This document shows, one piece after another, positions 35,346 to 45,220 of a stretch of 64,000 nt of DNA; position 1 is the first letter of the stretch, and the number at the start of each line of letters is the position of its first letter. Made by a program: the position numbers and the translations under genes. Source of the stretch: Kiritimatiellia bacterium (GTDB taxonomy: Bacteria; Verrucomicrobiota; Kiritimatiellia; JAAZAB01); contig JBMNRV010000001.1 of NCBI GenBank assembly GCA_050944835.1, positions 31,212 through 95,211 on the forward strand. Reading direction: 5' to 3'. The notes below the pieces were generated by a model, which searched no databases, was not told where the DNA came from, and was given only the letters and a program-made list of their open reading frames with translations.

Positions 35346-36851
35346 ATGGCTGAACGCAACGCAATCGAACCCACACGCGCCCAAAATTATCCGGAATGGT
35401 ATCAGCAGGTGATACGGGCCGGCGACTTGGCTGAACTGTCGCCGGTGCGCGGGTGCATGGTCATCAAGCCTTGGGGGTATGGCATCTGGGAAAATATACA
35501 GCGGGTGTTGGATGGCATGTTCAAAGCCACCGGCCATCGCAATGCCTATTTCCCGTTGTTTATTCCGTTGAGCTTTATCCAAAAGGAAGCCGAGCACGTC
35601 GAAGGCTTCGCCAAGGAATGCGCTGTGGTCACGCACCATCGCTTGCAGGCGGGGGATGATGGGCAACTGGTGCCGGCCGGTGAGTTGGAGGAGCCATTGG
35701 TGGTACGGCCTACTTCAGAAACGATCATCGGCGCCATGTATGCCAAGTGGGTGCAATCCTATCGCGACCTGCCGCTATTGCTGAATCAATGGGCCAATAT
35801 CGTGCGCTGGGAGATGCGCACGCGGCTCTTTCTGCGCACTACGGAGTTCCTCTGGCAGGAGGGGCATACAGCACACGCCACAGAAGAAGAAGCGCGCGAG
35901 GAAACCACCCGTATGTTAAAGGTCTATACCGACTTTGCCGAGCAGTATATGGCCATGCCGGTCATTCCCGGGCGCAAAACCGACGCCGAACGCTTCCCCG
36001 GCGCCGTGGAGACTTATTCCATCGAAGCGATGATGCAGGATGGCAAGGCCTTGCAGGCCGGCACATCGCATTTTCTTGGGCAGAATTTCGCGCGGGCTTC
36101 CGGCATCAAGTTCCTGGACAAGGATGGCTTGGAAAAATATGCTTGGACAACTTCATGGGGCGTCTCTACCCGCTTGATCGGCGGTCTGATTATGACTCAC
36201 GGCGACGACAACGGCTTGATGCTTCCGCCGCGTTTGGCGCCGACGCAAATCGCAATTCTTCCGATCGTTCATAAAGACGATACCCGGGCCCAAGTGCTGG
36301 AGCACTGCGATCAATTGGCTGCGGAATTGCGTCAGGTGCGCTACGCCGATTGTCCGCTGACGGTGGAGATTGACGCCCGTGACATGCGTGGAGGAGAAAA
36401 GGCCTGGAGCTGGATTAAAAAAGGCGTGCCGCTACGCATGGAAATCGGGCCGCGTGATATTGATGCCGGCGTTGTCTCGCTCACCCGTCGCGACCGTGAT
36501 GCCCGGGAACGTCAGGCTGTGCCGCGTGCTGAAATCGTTGCCGCCGTCACGGGCATTCTGGATGAAATTCAGGCTGGTATGCTGGAACGCGCCCGCGAGT
36601 TCCGCGCTGCGCATACTTATCAAGCGAACAGCCGCGACGAGTTTTACGATTATTTCAAAGGCAACCAGGAGCAGACGACTGGATTTGTCATGGCGCATTG
36701 GGCGGACGATGCGGAGGTGGAGCAGAAACTGCGCGAAGACTTGGCGGTGACGGTGCGTTGTATTCCGTCGGATGCCCCGGAAGAGCTGGGGATATGCCCG
36801 TTTACCGGTAAACCCAGCCGCCAGAGGGCAGTGTTTGCCAGGTCGTATTAA
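35346..36851 (+). CDS. proS: proline--tRNA ligase (archaeal/eukaryote-like type)
   Basis: 501 aa, class II motifs, FAKECAVVTHHRL and WGVSTRLIGGLIMTHGDDNGL. Confidence 0.9.
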   Translation: MAERNAIEPTRAQNYPEWYQQVIRAGDLAELSPVRGCMVIKPWGYGIWENIQRVLDGMFKATGHRNAYFPLFIPLSFIQKEAEHVEGFAKECAVVTHHRLQAGDDGQLVPAGELEEPLVVRPTSETIIGAMYAKWVQSYRDLPLLLNQWANIVRWEMRTRLFLRTTEFLWQEGHTAHATEEEAREETTRMLKVYTDFAEQYMAMPVIPGRKTDAERFPGAVETYSIEAMMQDGKALQAGTSHFLGQNFARASGIKFLDKDGLEKYAWTTSWGVSTRLIGGLIMTHGDDNGLMLPPRLAPTQIAILPIVHKDDTRAQVLEHCDQLAAELRQVRYADCPLTVEIDARDMRGGEKAWSWIKKGVPLRMEIGPRDIDAGVVSLTRRDRDARERQAVPRAEIVAAVTGILDEIQAGMLERAREFRAAHTYQANSRDEFYDYFKGNQEQTTGFVMAHWADDAEVEQKLREDLAVTVRCIPSDAPEELGICPFTGKPSRQRAVFARSY

Positions 36852-36924
36852 TTTCCGGTGTTTGCGTGGGGTTGAGCTGGCGCCGACGCTACCGCGATCG
36901 GGCCGGGAATATTTTTTCAAGGAG

Positions 36925-38796
36925 ATGTCCGGCATGCAGGCATTTTTAGATGCAATTAAGGATGGGCGGTTGTACGCCCTTCCCGCCGGCAGCAAGCAGG
37001 ACGCTTTGACGCTGTTGGCGCAATCGGTCGCAGACGCGGCGGATATGAGCGGGAGTGCGCCGTTGGCCCAACTGGTATTGCAGCGTGAAAGCCAATCCGA
37101 TACATACCTTGGCGACGGTATTGCCTGCCCGCATGCCCGTCTTGAAGGTGACGGCGAATTGATCTGTGCCATCGGGTGGATTCCCGAAGGTGTAAAATAT
37201 ACAGCCGACAGCGAAGATAAAGCGCACCTGTTGTTGCTTTACTGCGTACCAAACAATCAAAGCAATGCCTATCTGCACGAAATTTCGGGCCTGTCGCGCT
37301 TGATTAAGGAGAATCCACGCCTCGCGGATTTAACCAACATCACGGGCTTGGATACCCTGCGGCTGCGGTTACTGGAATGGGCCGGGACGGCGGTTGAAAG
37401 CTCCGAACAAGATACGCCAGTCTCCGAAGCCGATCGTTTAGATCGTCTTATCCGGCTGTTGTTGCCGGAAATTGCGGCCATGTTGGATGACGGTCATTGG
37501 AGCGATGTCCGTGATTTCCTTGCCGGCCAACCACCACCGGAAATCGCGGAATTACTCGCCCAGGCCCATGATAAATACCGCGTCCTGCTTTTCAGGCTGC
37601 TGCCGCGCCGTTTGGCCGATGAAGTATTTGCCTTGCTGGAACTTACCGACCAGAATCAATTATTGGACAACATGGCCCATGAGGAAATACGGCAGATTAT
37701 AACATCACTGTCGCCGGATGACCGGACGGCATTGTTTGAAGAGCTCCCTGCCAATGTCACCAAACGCTTACTGGACATGCTCAGCGACCACGAACGCAAG
37801 CATGCTTTGACGCTTTTGAGTTATCCGGAAAACAGTGTCGGGCGCTTGATGACCAACCGCTATGTGAGTGTGCGCGCCGAATGGACGGTAGCCGAAGCCA
37901 TGGCGCATATTCGGAAGACTGGCACTGACTCAGAGACAATGGTGGTTGTCTATGTCACAGATGAACAAGGGGTTTTACAAGACGATCTGTTGGTGCGTAA
38001 GCTGATACTGGCTGATCCTCAAAGTAAAATTTCAGATTTGCTCGATGGGCATTTCCCGGCGCTGCGTTCCCTTCAGGATCGGGAAGACGCTGTGCATGTT
38101 TTTAAAAAATATGACCTTTACGCTTTGCCGGTAATAGATGCCAATGGCATTATGCTGGGGATTGTCACTTCCGACGATATTCTGGATGTGGCTGAAGAGG
38201 AAGCCACGGAAGACTTCCACAAAGGTATGGCCGTTACCCCGATTGACATGAGCTACATTGATGCTCCATTGTCACTGATCTACCGCCGCCGGATATCCTG
38301 GTTGATTGTTCTGGTGTTTGTCAATATTTTCTCAGGTGCTGGGATTGCATTTTTTAAAAACCTGATTTCTTCCACTGTTGCGCTGGTTTTTTTCCTGCCG
38401 TTGCTGATCGGCAGCGGCGGCAACGCCGGCGCCCAGGCTGCTACGCTTGTCATTCGCAGTATGGCGCTGGGAGAAATCACTATGGCGGATTATTTCAAAA
38501 CTGCTTGGCGTGAATTGCTGATTGCAATAGGGTTAGGGGTGTCCATGGCGGCCGCCGTTTTCCTTTTGGCGTGGTGGCGGGCAGGCGCGCAAATCGGAAT
38601 GGTAGTGGCTATTTCCATGATAGCTATCGTATTGTTCAGCAGCATCATTGGTATGTCGTTGCCGTTTATCTTCAGAAAACTCGGCCGTGACCCGGCAGCC
38701 GCCAGCGCGCCGTTGCTGACTTCGCTGGCAGATATTCTTGGTATTTTGATCTATTTCAGTATTGCTTCCGTTTGGTTCAGCGCAATTGCAAACTGA
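36925..38796 (+). CDS. mgtE: magnesium transporter MgtE with an N-terminal PTS EIIA(type 2/Ntr)-like domain
   Basis: AAGGAG lies before the ATG at 36925. The EIIA-like region is YLGDGIACPHARLEG, followed by the MgtE N domain, a CBS pair, and TM region LLIGSGGNAGAQAA. Confidence 0.85.
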   Translation: MSGMQAFLDAIKDGRLYALPAGSKQDALTLLAQSVADAADMSGSAPLAQLVLQRESQSDTYLGDGIACPHARLEGDGELICAIGWIPEGVKYTADSEDKAHLLLLYCVPNNQSNAYLHEISGLSRLIKENPRLADLTNITGLDTLRLRLLEWAGTAVESSEQDTPVSEADRLDRLIRLLLPEIAAMLDDGHWSDVRDFLAGQPPPEIAELLAQAHDKYRVLLFRLLPRRLADEVFALLELTDQNQLLDNMAHEEIRQIITSLSPDDRTALFEELPANVTKRLLDMLSDHERKHALTLLSYPENSVGRLMTNRYVSVRAEWTVAEAMAHIRKTGTDSETMVVVYVTDEQGVLQDDLLVRKLILADPQSKISDLLDGHFPALRSLQDREDAVHVFKKYDLYALPVIDANGIMLGIVTSDDILDVAEEEATEDFHKGMAVTPIDMSYIDAPLSLIYRRRISWLIVLVFVNIFSGAGIAFFKNLISSTVALVFFLPLLIGSGGNAGAQAATLVIRSMALGEITMADYFKTAWRELLIAIGLGVSMAAAVFLLAWWRAGAQIGMVVAISMIAIVLFSSIIGMSLPFIFRKLGRDPAAASAPLLTSLADILGILIYFSIASVWFSAIAN

Positions 38797-38817
38797 TTAT
38801 GGATTAATGGAGAGCGG

Positions 38818-39069
38818 ATGCCTATTCGTGAATATATGGCGGCTGATGCAGATCAGGCTTGCGAGTATTGCCGCGCCGGATTTGAGCGGCTGGAAAATAT
38901 TGATGCGCCGGCCTTGCAGCATTGCCCCTCTTGCGGCGCGCCGGTGGCGCGGCAGATTTCTGCGCCTAATATGGGCGGTTCACGCAGTAGTTTTGACAAT
39001 CGCGCCCGGGAAGCTGGGTTTCACAAGTTGAAAAAGCTCGGGCGGGGCGAATACGAACGGCAATATTAG
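38818..39069 (+). CDS. FmdB-family zinc-ribbon protein
   Basis: MPIREY..CEYC..CPSCG pattern. Confidence 0.7.
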   Translation: MPIREYMAADADQACEYCRAGFERLENIDAPALQHCPSCGAPVARQISAPNMGGSRSSFDNRAREAGFHKLKKLGRGEYERQY

Positions 39070-40091
39070 GCGCCGATTCGCAAGTTTGGCTCGGCGTCCA
39101 GATTCCAAATGGACGGTACTGGAAGACCACGTCCGGCGGCGGCCAGACCTGCTACCATTGCTGCATTATCTCCGCAATACTTAGCCGGCGCCAACAGTAG
39201 CCGTAATGATTGTGCCGCCGCCGCCTCTCGCAGGCGGGCACGTAAGCGGGTGTTGATGGAAACACCTCCTGCGACAGCCAGGGTAGGTGTTTTCGCACGG
39301 TTGGCCGCGCGCACAGCCTGAATGGTCAATGCATCTACGATGGCTTCTTGATAGCTGGCTGCGATATTTGCCAGATGCTCTGGCGCGATTGGGCGCGGAA
39401 CCTTTTCCAAGTAATAACGCAAAGCTGTCTTTAAGCCGCTGAAGCTGTAATTCAGGTTGTGCTTCTGCCGGGCGATACCGCGTGGAAATTTGATCGCATT
39501 TGGGTCTCCGGTTGCGGCGGCTTGCTCAATTGCCGGCCCGCCGGGATAGCCCAATCCCAACAACTGTGCGCCCTTGTCAAACGCTTCACCGGCGGCATCA
39601 TCCAGAGTGGCGCCAAGCACTTGATATTCTCCGGGAGCAGTAACGCGCAACAGGCAGGTGTGCCCGCCAGAGACCAACAGGGCGGTCATGGGCAGCGCCT
39701 CCTGCCACTCCGGCGCATCCGGCGCCAGAAAGATAGAGTAGAGATGCGCCTCGATGTGGTTTATTCCGATCAGTGGTACACGCAAACGCAACGCCAATCC
39801 CTTAGCGGCGGCGATGCCGGCCAATAGCGATGTCGCCAACCCAGGGCCATAGGTTACTGCAATCGCTTGCAAGTCATTCCAATCGGCGCCGGCTTGCTCC
39901 ATAGTTTGCGAGATTACACATGGCAGTTGTTCCAGATGTTGACGCGCGGCGATTTCCGGGACCACGCCGCCATAGGGTGCGTGCAGTGCCACTTGGGAGG
40001 CCACGACGCCGGCGCGGATACAGCGCCCGTCAGCGGCCAGAGCCGCAGCGGTTTCATCACATGAAGTCTCAATCCCCAGAACGTTCTTCAT
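39066..40091 (-). CDS. tsaD: tRNA N6-adenosine threonylcarbamoyltransferase
   Basis: MKNVLGIETSCDETAAAL start (ATG at 40091) and Kae1/TsaD fold motifs. Confidence 0.9.
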   Translation of the reverse strand: MKNVLGIETSCDETAAALAADGRCIRAGVVASQVALHAPYGGVVPEIAARQHLEQLPCVISQTMEQAGADWNDLQAIAVTYGPGLATSLLAGIAAAKGLALRLRVPLIGINHIEAHLYSIFLAPDAPEWQEALPMTALLVSGGHTCLLRVTAPGEYQVLGATLDDAAGEAFDKGAQLLGLGYPGGPAIEQAAATGDPNAIKFPRGIARQKHNLNYSFSGLKTALRYYLEKVPRPIAPEHLANIAASYQEAIVDALTIQAVRAANRAKTPTLAVAGGVSINTRLRARLREAAAAQSLRLLLAPAKYCGDNAAMVAGLAAAGRGLPVPSIWNLDAEPNLRIGA

Positions 40092-40145
40092 AACTGAGCG
40101 ACAAAAACAGCCTGATAGCAACGCATCAGCCGTTGGGCCGCGCGT

Positions 40146-41465
40146 TCAAGGCTTAGCGGAATTATTGGCGGAATTGAAAAGCAAGATGCCCTTGAGGACG
40201 TCCACGGCGCGTTCCAATTGCGCGTCTGTTACTTTTTCCTGTTCAGGCTTCAAAATATTCAGCGCCGGATCGTTAGTCGGCGCAGCCTTCCCGTATTCCT
40301 CATTTGAACGTTGGACGAGAATCTTGTGCCAATCTTCGCCCGACATAGGGACGATGATGTCAGGATCAATCCCTTTTTCGTGAATCATACGCTCGTTTGG
40401 AGTGTAATACTTGGCAGTCGTCAAACGGATGGCGGAGCCGTCTGGCATTGGCACCACGCTTTGCACCGACCCTTTGCCGAAAGTGCGTTCACCCACCAAG
40501 ACGGCGCGGCGGGCATCCTGCAGCGCTCCCGCCACGATTTCCGAGGCGCTGGCGCTTCCACCGTTGACCAGGAGTACCATAGGGAAATCCAGGTAATGAT
40601 GCCGCCCGCGCGCGGCGTATTGCGTTTGAGTCAGCTCCGGTTGCCGTCCGCGGGTAGTGACGATCTTAGCGCCGCTTGTAAGAAATTTCTGGCTGACTTC
40701 CACGGCGGCGCTCAAAAGTCCGCCGGGGTTGTTTCTTAAGTCCAGTATCAGCGCCCGCATGCCTTGCGCCAGCAGCGCTTCAATGGCGTGTTGTAGGGTG
40801 TCGGCCGTGGGTTCGTTGAACTGGATGATGCGGATATAGCCGATGCCGTCGTCCAACATGCGTTCGTCTTTAACACTTTCCACCTTAATCACCGCCCGGA
40901 CGATTTCGAATTCTTTGATCTCCTGTGGGTTTAATCGCAGGATTTTCAATTTCACTTTGGTACCCGGTTCGCCGCGCATGCGCTTGACGGCATCTTGCAG
41001 CGAAAGTGTTTCGGTGGATTCGCCGTCAATATCAACGATCTTGTCGCCGTGCAGGATACCCGCGCGGAAAGCCGGCGTATCTTCCATGGGGGCGATGACC
41101 GTCAATACGCCGTCGCGGTGACCGATGACGATGCCTACACCGCCGAATTCTCCGGCGGTGTCGCTCTTCATGTCATTGAACATGTCCGGGTCCATGAACT
41201 GGCTGTGGGCGTCAAGTGATTGCAACATGCCGCGCAATGCGCCGTACATCAAATCTTTGTAACCGGTTTGTTCCTCATCTACGTAGTTCCGGCGGATTTG
41301 CAGCATCACCTCGGCCAGCAATTGCATTTTCTCGAAGGCCACATTGGTGGTGTCATCGGTTTTCTCCGCCTTGGCGGCGATTTTGGCGCCAACGGCCAAA
41401 TTCCACCCCAGCAGCGCTATCGCTACCAGCCAGAGCCAGCTTTTACCTATTTTACGCAAAGACAT
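40146..41465 (-). CDS. ctpA: carboxy-terminal processing peptidase (S41 family)
   Basis: N-terminal TM segment, PDZ region, LVNGGSASASEIVAGALQD catalytic serine motif. Confidence 0.85.
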   Translation of the reverse strand: MSLRKIGKSWLWLVAIALLGWNLAVGAKIAAKAEKTDDTTNVAFEKMQLLAEVMLQIRRNYVDEEQTGYKDLMYGALRGMLQSLDAHSQFMDPDMFNDMKSDTAGEFGGVGIVIGHRDGVLTVIAPMEDTPAFRAGILHGDKIVDIDGESTETLSLQDAVKRMRGEPGTKVKLKILRLNPQEIKEFEIVRAVIKVESVKDERMLDDGIGYIRIIQFNEPTADTLQHAIEALLAQGMRALILDLRNNPGGLLSAAVEVSQKFLTSGAKIVTTRGRQPELTQTQYAARGRHHYLDFPMVLLVNGGSASASEIVAGALQDARRAVLVGERTFGKGSVQSVVPMPDGSAIRLTTAKYYTPNERMIHEKGIDPDIIVPMSGEDWHKILVQRSNEEYGKAAPTNDPALNILKPEQEKVTDAQLERAVDVLKGILLFNSANNSAKP

Positions 41466-41490
41466 TGATTACCTTCTTCCTGTCAGTCTG

Positions 41491-41679
41491 CTATTTGCCG
41501 CTATCTTCCTTCAAAGGCATAGGATTACACAAATTCTTAGCCGCATGCGCCACACGGCCGCAGTTGAAGCAGATAAAGCGCGGGCATTTGGCCAGCTTTT
41601 CGATTTGTTCGATTTGCTTCCCGCTTGCCAGCACGCAAAGATGCCCACTATGATCGTTGGGGTTTTTGCAATTGTCCAT
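41491..41679 (-). CDS. small cysteine-rich protein (62 aa), function unknown
   Basis: Cys pattern C..HLC..CPRFICFNCG..C suggests metal binding. I recognise no family. Confidence 0.45.
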   Translation of the reverse strand: MDNCKNPNDHSGHLCVLASGKQIEQIEKLAKCPRFICFNCGRVAHAAKNLCNPMPLKEDSGK

Positions 41680-41744
41680 GTTTTTCTCCTTTTCGGTGAC
41701 ATTAATTCCTGCGAAAATTGCAACATTGCTGATTTATTGTTTTG

Positions 41745-42206
41745 TTAGACTTTCACTTTCACGACGATCTTTTGCACCGTGACAGGTGTGCCGTCCATTA
41801 AGCCGGGCATGTGTCCATCATCCGGTGTGAAAATCGCAAAAAAGCCAGCGGGCATGCGGAAAAAGCTGCCCGATTCCGCCATGGGCCCGCCGAAGAGTTC
41901 ACAATCCTTTTCTTCATCATAGGGCTGGTGCACAGTCAGAGATGAAATAGGGGCGTATCCCATGATCTCTGAACCGCTGGCAATGTACTGAATGTCAATA
42001 TACCGGCGGTGCGCTTCCCAAATGCCGGCGCTGCGTGGCCTGGTTTGGTATTCCTGCGACAGGGCATAGACGGCATCGCCGTCAATGACATGCCGACCCA
42101 GCGCCGGTAGCTGGCGACTGTGCTTGGTTAAAAAACGCAGACCGGTCGCAATGTGGGCTTCCAGCCCATGATAAAAAGCGGCATTCTGTAATTTATCAAT
42201 AACCAT
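41745..42206 (-). CDS. YhcH/YjgK/YiaL (DUF386, EbgC-like) family protein
   Basis: ATG at 42206 (MVIDKLQNA); HRRYIDIQYIASGSEIMGY and FAIFTPDDGHMPG motifs. Confidence 0.75.
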   Translation of the reverse strand: MVIDKLQNAAFYHGLEAHIATGLRFLTKHSRQLPALGRHVIDGDAVYALSQEYQTRPRSAGIWEAHRRYIDIQYIASGSEIMGYAPISSLTVHQPYDEEKDCELFGGPMAESGSFFRMPAGFFAIFTPDDGHMPGLMDGTPVTVQKIVVKVKV

Positions 42207-42222
42207 AACGCCTTTGGATAGA

Positions 42223-42864
42223 TTAACAAAAACCGGCATAAACCGCTTCGGCCAGCGCCAGACTACCGGTGGCATTGGGGTGCACCGGTTCCGAGGATAA
42301 CATATCCGCCGGCTGTGTCAGAATAATTTTTTGAAACATCTGGTGCGTCCGCACCAGACGGGTTTTGTACTGCCGACTCAGTTTATGCACCACAGCCAAG
42401 TATGTTGGCAGTAATTGCAGCATGTCATGCCGGAAGTTGTTGGGAAAGGTCTCCGAGCTGATGTAAAAAGGCTCGATCAGGATGATTTGACATTTCGGCA
42501 GGGTTTTACGGGTGCGATCCAGAATCTCGCGGTATTTCTGCTCGTAGAGTTCAGGCGGAACGGCTATTTCGAGCTTGCGCATATAGTTGAGCAGGTCGTT
42601 AATACCGATCTGAATGGACAACCAGTCAGGACGCATCCGCAAAACGTCGTCCGTCCAGCGTCTGGACAAATCCACTACTGTATTGCCGCCGATGCCTTTG
42701 TTTAGGATTGTCACCTGTTTTTCCGGTTCGCGGATGATCATTAAATCGCGGAAAAACCGGACGTAACCATTGCCGAGTGGGAAGCTATCCGCACGCCGCC
42801 CGCCATCGGTAATGCTGTCGCCTGCAAACAGAACGGTTTGTTTCGATTTGATTTTAGTTGGCAT
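42223..42864 (-). CDS. SGNH/GDSL hydrolase (paralog B)
   Basis: MPTKIKSKQTVLFAGDSITD, with the same block structure as 3386..4030. Confidence 0.8.
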   Translation of the reverse strand: MPTKIKSKQTVLFAGDSITDGGRRADSFPLGNGYVRFFRDLMIIREPEKQVTILNKGIGGNTVVDLSRRWTDDVLRMRPDWLSIQIGINDLLNYMRKLEIAVPPELYEQKYREILDRTRKTLPKCQIILIEPFYISSETFPNNFRHDMLQLLPTYLAVVHKLSRQYKTRLVRTHQMFQKIILTQPADMLSSEPVHPNATGSLALAEAVYAGFC

Positions 42865-43031
42865 ATCAAATTCCTTTTTATGTGTAAACACACACGATCC
42901 GGACTGTAAAGCGCAAATATCCATGAGTACTAGCGCAAAAAGCCGTCTAAGTCAATAAAGCAAAGCGGCTCCAGTGGACACAATTCCATAGGGTAATGAT
43001 TTGCAGCAAAAAAACCAAGAGTTAAATTGGT

Positions 43032-43112
43032 CCTAAAACTGCGGCAGTTGGCAAGTTTGTCGCAGATGCGCGGCATTAGCCCCAACGGGGCGTGACATAC
43101 CCCGTTGGGGCT
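43032..43112. repeat. mosaic element fragment R-e (A end) ending in a perfect 13-bp hairpin
   Basis: CCTAAAACTGCGGCAGTTGGCAAGTTTGTCGCAGATGCGCGG, then AGCCCCAACGGGG-CGTGACATA-CCCCGTTGGGGCT (43078-43112). Confidence 0.85.
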
Positions 43113-43128
43113 AGTTCAATCGCACCAC

Positions 43129-43317
43129 AAACGTGTCATAAACGTATCAATCGTATCATAAACGCGCCATAAACGTATCATAAACGTGTCATAAACGTAT
43201 CAAACGTATCATAAACGTATCATAAACGCGTCATAAACGTATCAAACGTATCATAAACGTATCATAAACGCGTCATAAACGTATCAAACGTATCATAAAC
43301 GTATCATAAACGCATCA
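43129..43317. repeat. 10/11-bp tandem array (about 18 units) with a 42-bp higher-order period
   Basis: The units are variants of AAACGTATCAT / AAACGCGTCAT / AAACGTATCA. The block AAACGTATCA-AACGTATCAT-AAACGTATCAT-AAACGCGTCAT repeats about 3 times. Confidence 0.95.
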
Positions 43318-43447
43318 CGTTGAGTTCAAGACGACTGATAGGTGCCCATTTTTTTATGGACAAGTTGCAGAGTATCGCCATAATGTTGACAAAATAATGT
43401 AAGAAAATTAAAAAAAGATTTGCAACTTTATACAGGAGCAGCGCTCA

Positions 43448-43909
43448 ATGCAACTTACTGATACACAAAAAGCGACAGTCGCGCAGTGGGTGAATGATGG
43501 ATGTACGCTGGCGGAACTCCAGCGCAAAATCAACGAGGAGTTCAATCTTTCACTTACCTTTATGGACGTGCGTTTATTGGTGCTTGATCTGAACTTGGAA
43601 ATTAGGGACCAGGCAACAGTGGGTGGTACGGTGGACTTGTCAAAACCGCCACCTGTGTCTGCTTCAAACATAAGCGAAGACGGGCATCTGGCCGGCGGGG
43701 TATCAGTTTCCCTTGATCGCATCGTCAAGCCCGGCGCCGTTGTCAGTGGTCAGGTTACTTTTAGTGACGGGGTCAGCGCTGAGTGGATGTTGGATCAAAT
43801 GGGGCGGTTGGGGTTGAGCGCCACGCAGCCGGGGTATCGCCCGAGCCAGGAGGATTTGCAGTCTTTCCAAGAGGAGTTGGCGAAGCTGTTGCAGTCGCAG
43901 GGGATGTGA
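43448..43909 (+). CDS. hypothetical protein (153 aa)
   Basis: GGAG lies before the ATG and the composition looks coding. I recognise no family. Confidence 0.55.
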   Translation: MQLTDTQKATVAQWVNDGCTLAELQRKINEEFNLSLTFMDVRLLVLDLNLEIRDQATVGGTVDLSKPPPVSASNISEDGHLAGGVSVSLDRIVKPGAVVSGQVTFSDGVSAEWMLDQMGRLGLSATQPGYRPSQEDLQSFQEELAKLLQSQGM

Positions 43910-43915
43910 GGCTGA

Positions 43916-44130
43916 GGGAAGAACCACGGATAGACACGGATGGACACTGATGTGTTGGAAAAAGGAAAGGCGATAGCAAAAGAAGATGTTTATAGAGCAG
44001 GGTGTCAACCGATCCGCCAGACTGGCAGATGCTGGTTAGCGTGGCGTAAGTTATGCAATCTGAAAATCTTGCTTCTTCCTGGCTCCGTGTTTGTCCGTGT
44101 TCTGGTTCCTCTTGTTCTCAACATTTAATC
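43916..44130. repeat. mosaic element fragment R-f (arm words plus right half of the D core)
   Basis: GAACCACGGATAGACACGGATGGACACTGATG; half D core at 43999-44047 (AGGGTGTCAACCGATCCGCCAGACTGGCAGATGCTGGTTAGCG). Confidence 0.75.
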
Positions 44131-45165
44131 AGAGGTATAGAAATACAGGCTCTCTCTATATTACGCCGCTCTCCGCGGGGAGCCCATCGCGCCGAGTTTG
44201 GCTACAGTAAGGTTTTTCCGGCGACCGCCCTTTTCCCAACCGGAGCCAACCGGCTTTTTGTCGGCGATAATCTGCGCGTCATGCAAAGTCTGCCGAGCGG
44301 CTCAATTGACCTTATTTACCTTGATCCGCCGTTCTGTTCCGGGCGTAATTACAATGCCGTTGTCGGCGGCAAAAAGAAAGTCCGCTATTTCTCAGATACT
44401 TGGTGCGGCGGTATGGCGGAGTATATTGTTTGGCTCAATGTCCGGCTTTGTGAGATGAAACGGTTGCTGTCCGCTAAGGGCACGCTCTTTGCTCACCTGG
44501 ATCGTCGGGCTGTGCATTACGTGAAATGCGAACTCGATAAAATTTTTGGTTCAGATAGATTTATCAACGAGATTATTTGGCACTATACCGGAGGCGGACG
44601 TAGCAAGTCCTGCTTCTCCAATAAGCATGATACCATCCTCTGGTATTCCAAAGGGGATGTCTGGACGTTTAACATTAACGATGTTCGTGTGCCCTATAAA
44701 GACACCAGTGGATACGCCAAGCGGGGCATCGTCGGGGTTTCCGGCAAAAAATACATGCCGCATCCCAACGGAACTCCGGTTGACGATGTCTGGGATATCC
44801 CGATAATTAACCCGCTTTCGCCTGAACGCGTCGGTTACCCAACCCAGAAGCCGGAGCAGTTGCTTGAGCGCATCATTAAAGCCGCATCGTCTGAAGGTGA
44901 TGTCGTTGCTGATTTCTTCTGCGGCAGCGGAACCACGCTTGTCGTGGCGCAACGCCTGAATCGCCGTTGGGTAGGGTGTGACCGATTGCGTCTTGCAACG
45001 ACGATTACCGCCAACCGGATAACACGCGCGATAGAGGACAAACTTTGCAAGCGGTTTCCCGTGCCAGATTATACCATTGAGCCTTGTTGCGCTTGTAAAT
45101 CGCATCCGGATAAAGGCGGGCGCGGAGCTGCGGGGTACAAGGGTGGTCGGGGCGGAGGGATTTGA
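44053..45165 (+). CDS. beta-class (N6/N4) DNA methyltransferase, apparently solitary
   Basis: Motif [11 protein letters not shown] comes before motif I FFCGSGTT, and [13 protein letters not shown] is present. The start is uncertain: the ATG at 44053 lies inside repeat R-f and the next ATG is at 44281. The stop lies inside tRNA-Pro. Confidence 0.75.
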   Translation: MQSENLASSWLRVCPCSGSSCSQHLIRGIEIQALSILRRSPRGAHRAEFGYSKVFPATALFPTGANRLFVGDNLRVMQSLPSGSIDLIYLDPPFCSGRNYNAVVGGKKKVRYFSDTWCGGMAEYIVWLNVRLCEMKRLLSAKGTLFAHLDRRAVHYVKCELDKIFGSDRFINEIIWHYTGGGRSKSCFSNKHDTILWYSKGDVWTFNINDVRVPYKDTSGYAKRGIVGVSGKKYMPHPNGTPVDDVWDIPIINPLSPERVGYPTQKPEQLLERIIKAASSEGDVVADFFCGSGTTLVVAQRLNRRWVGCDRLRLATTITANRITRAIEDKLCKRFPVPDYTIEPCCACKSHPDKGGRGAAGYKGGRGGGI

Positions 45166-45220
45166 ACCCTCGACCTTTTGGTCCCGAACCAAACGCGCTA
45201 CCAGTCTGCGCTACGCCCCG
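45144..45220 (-). tRNA. tRNA-Pro (anticodon CGG), CCA encoded
   Basis: Hand-folded cloverleaf: CGGGGCG TA GCGC AGACTGGTA GCGC G TTTGG TTCGGGA CCAAA AGGTC GAGGG TTCAAAT CCCTC CGCCCCG A CCA. Confidence 0.9.

Noticed and set aside
44551-45192. 213-aa minus-strand ORF spanning the methyltransferase and tRNA-Pro.
   Set aside because: It runs antisense to a well-supported methyltransferase and begins inside a tRNA gene, so it is spurious.
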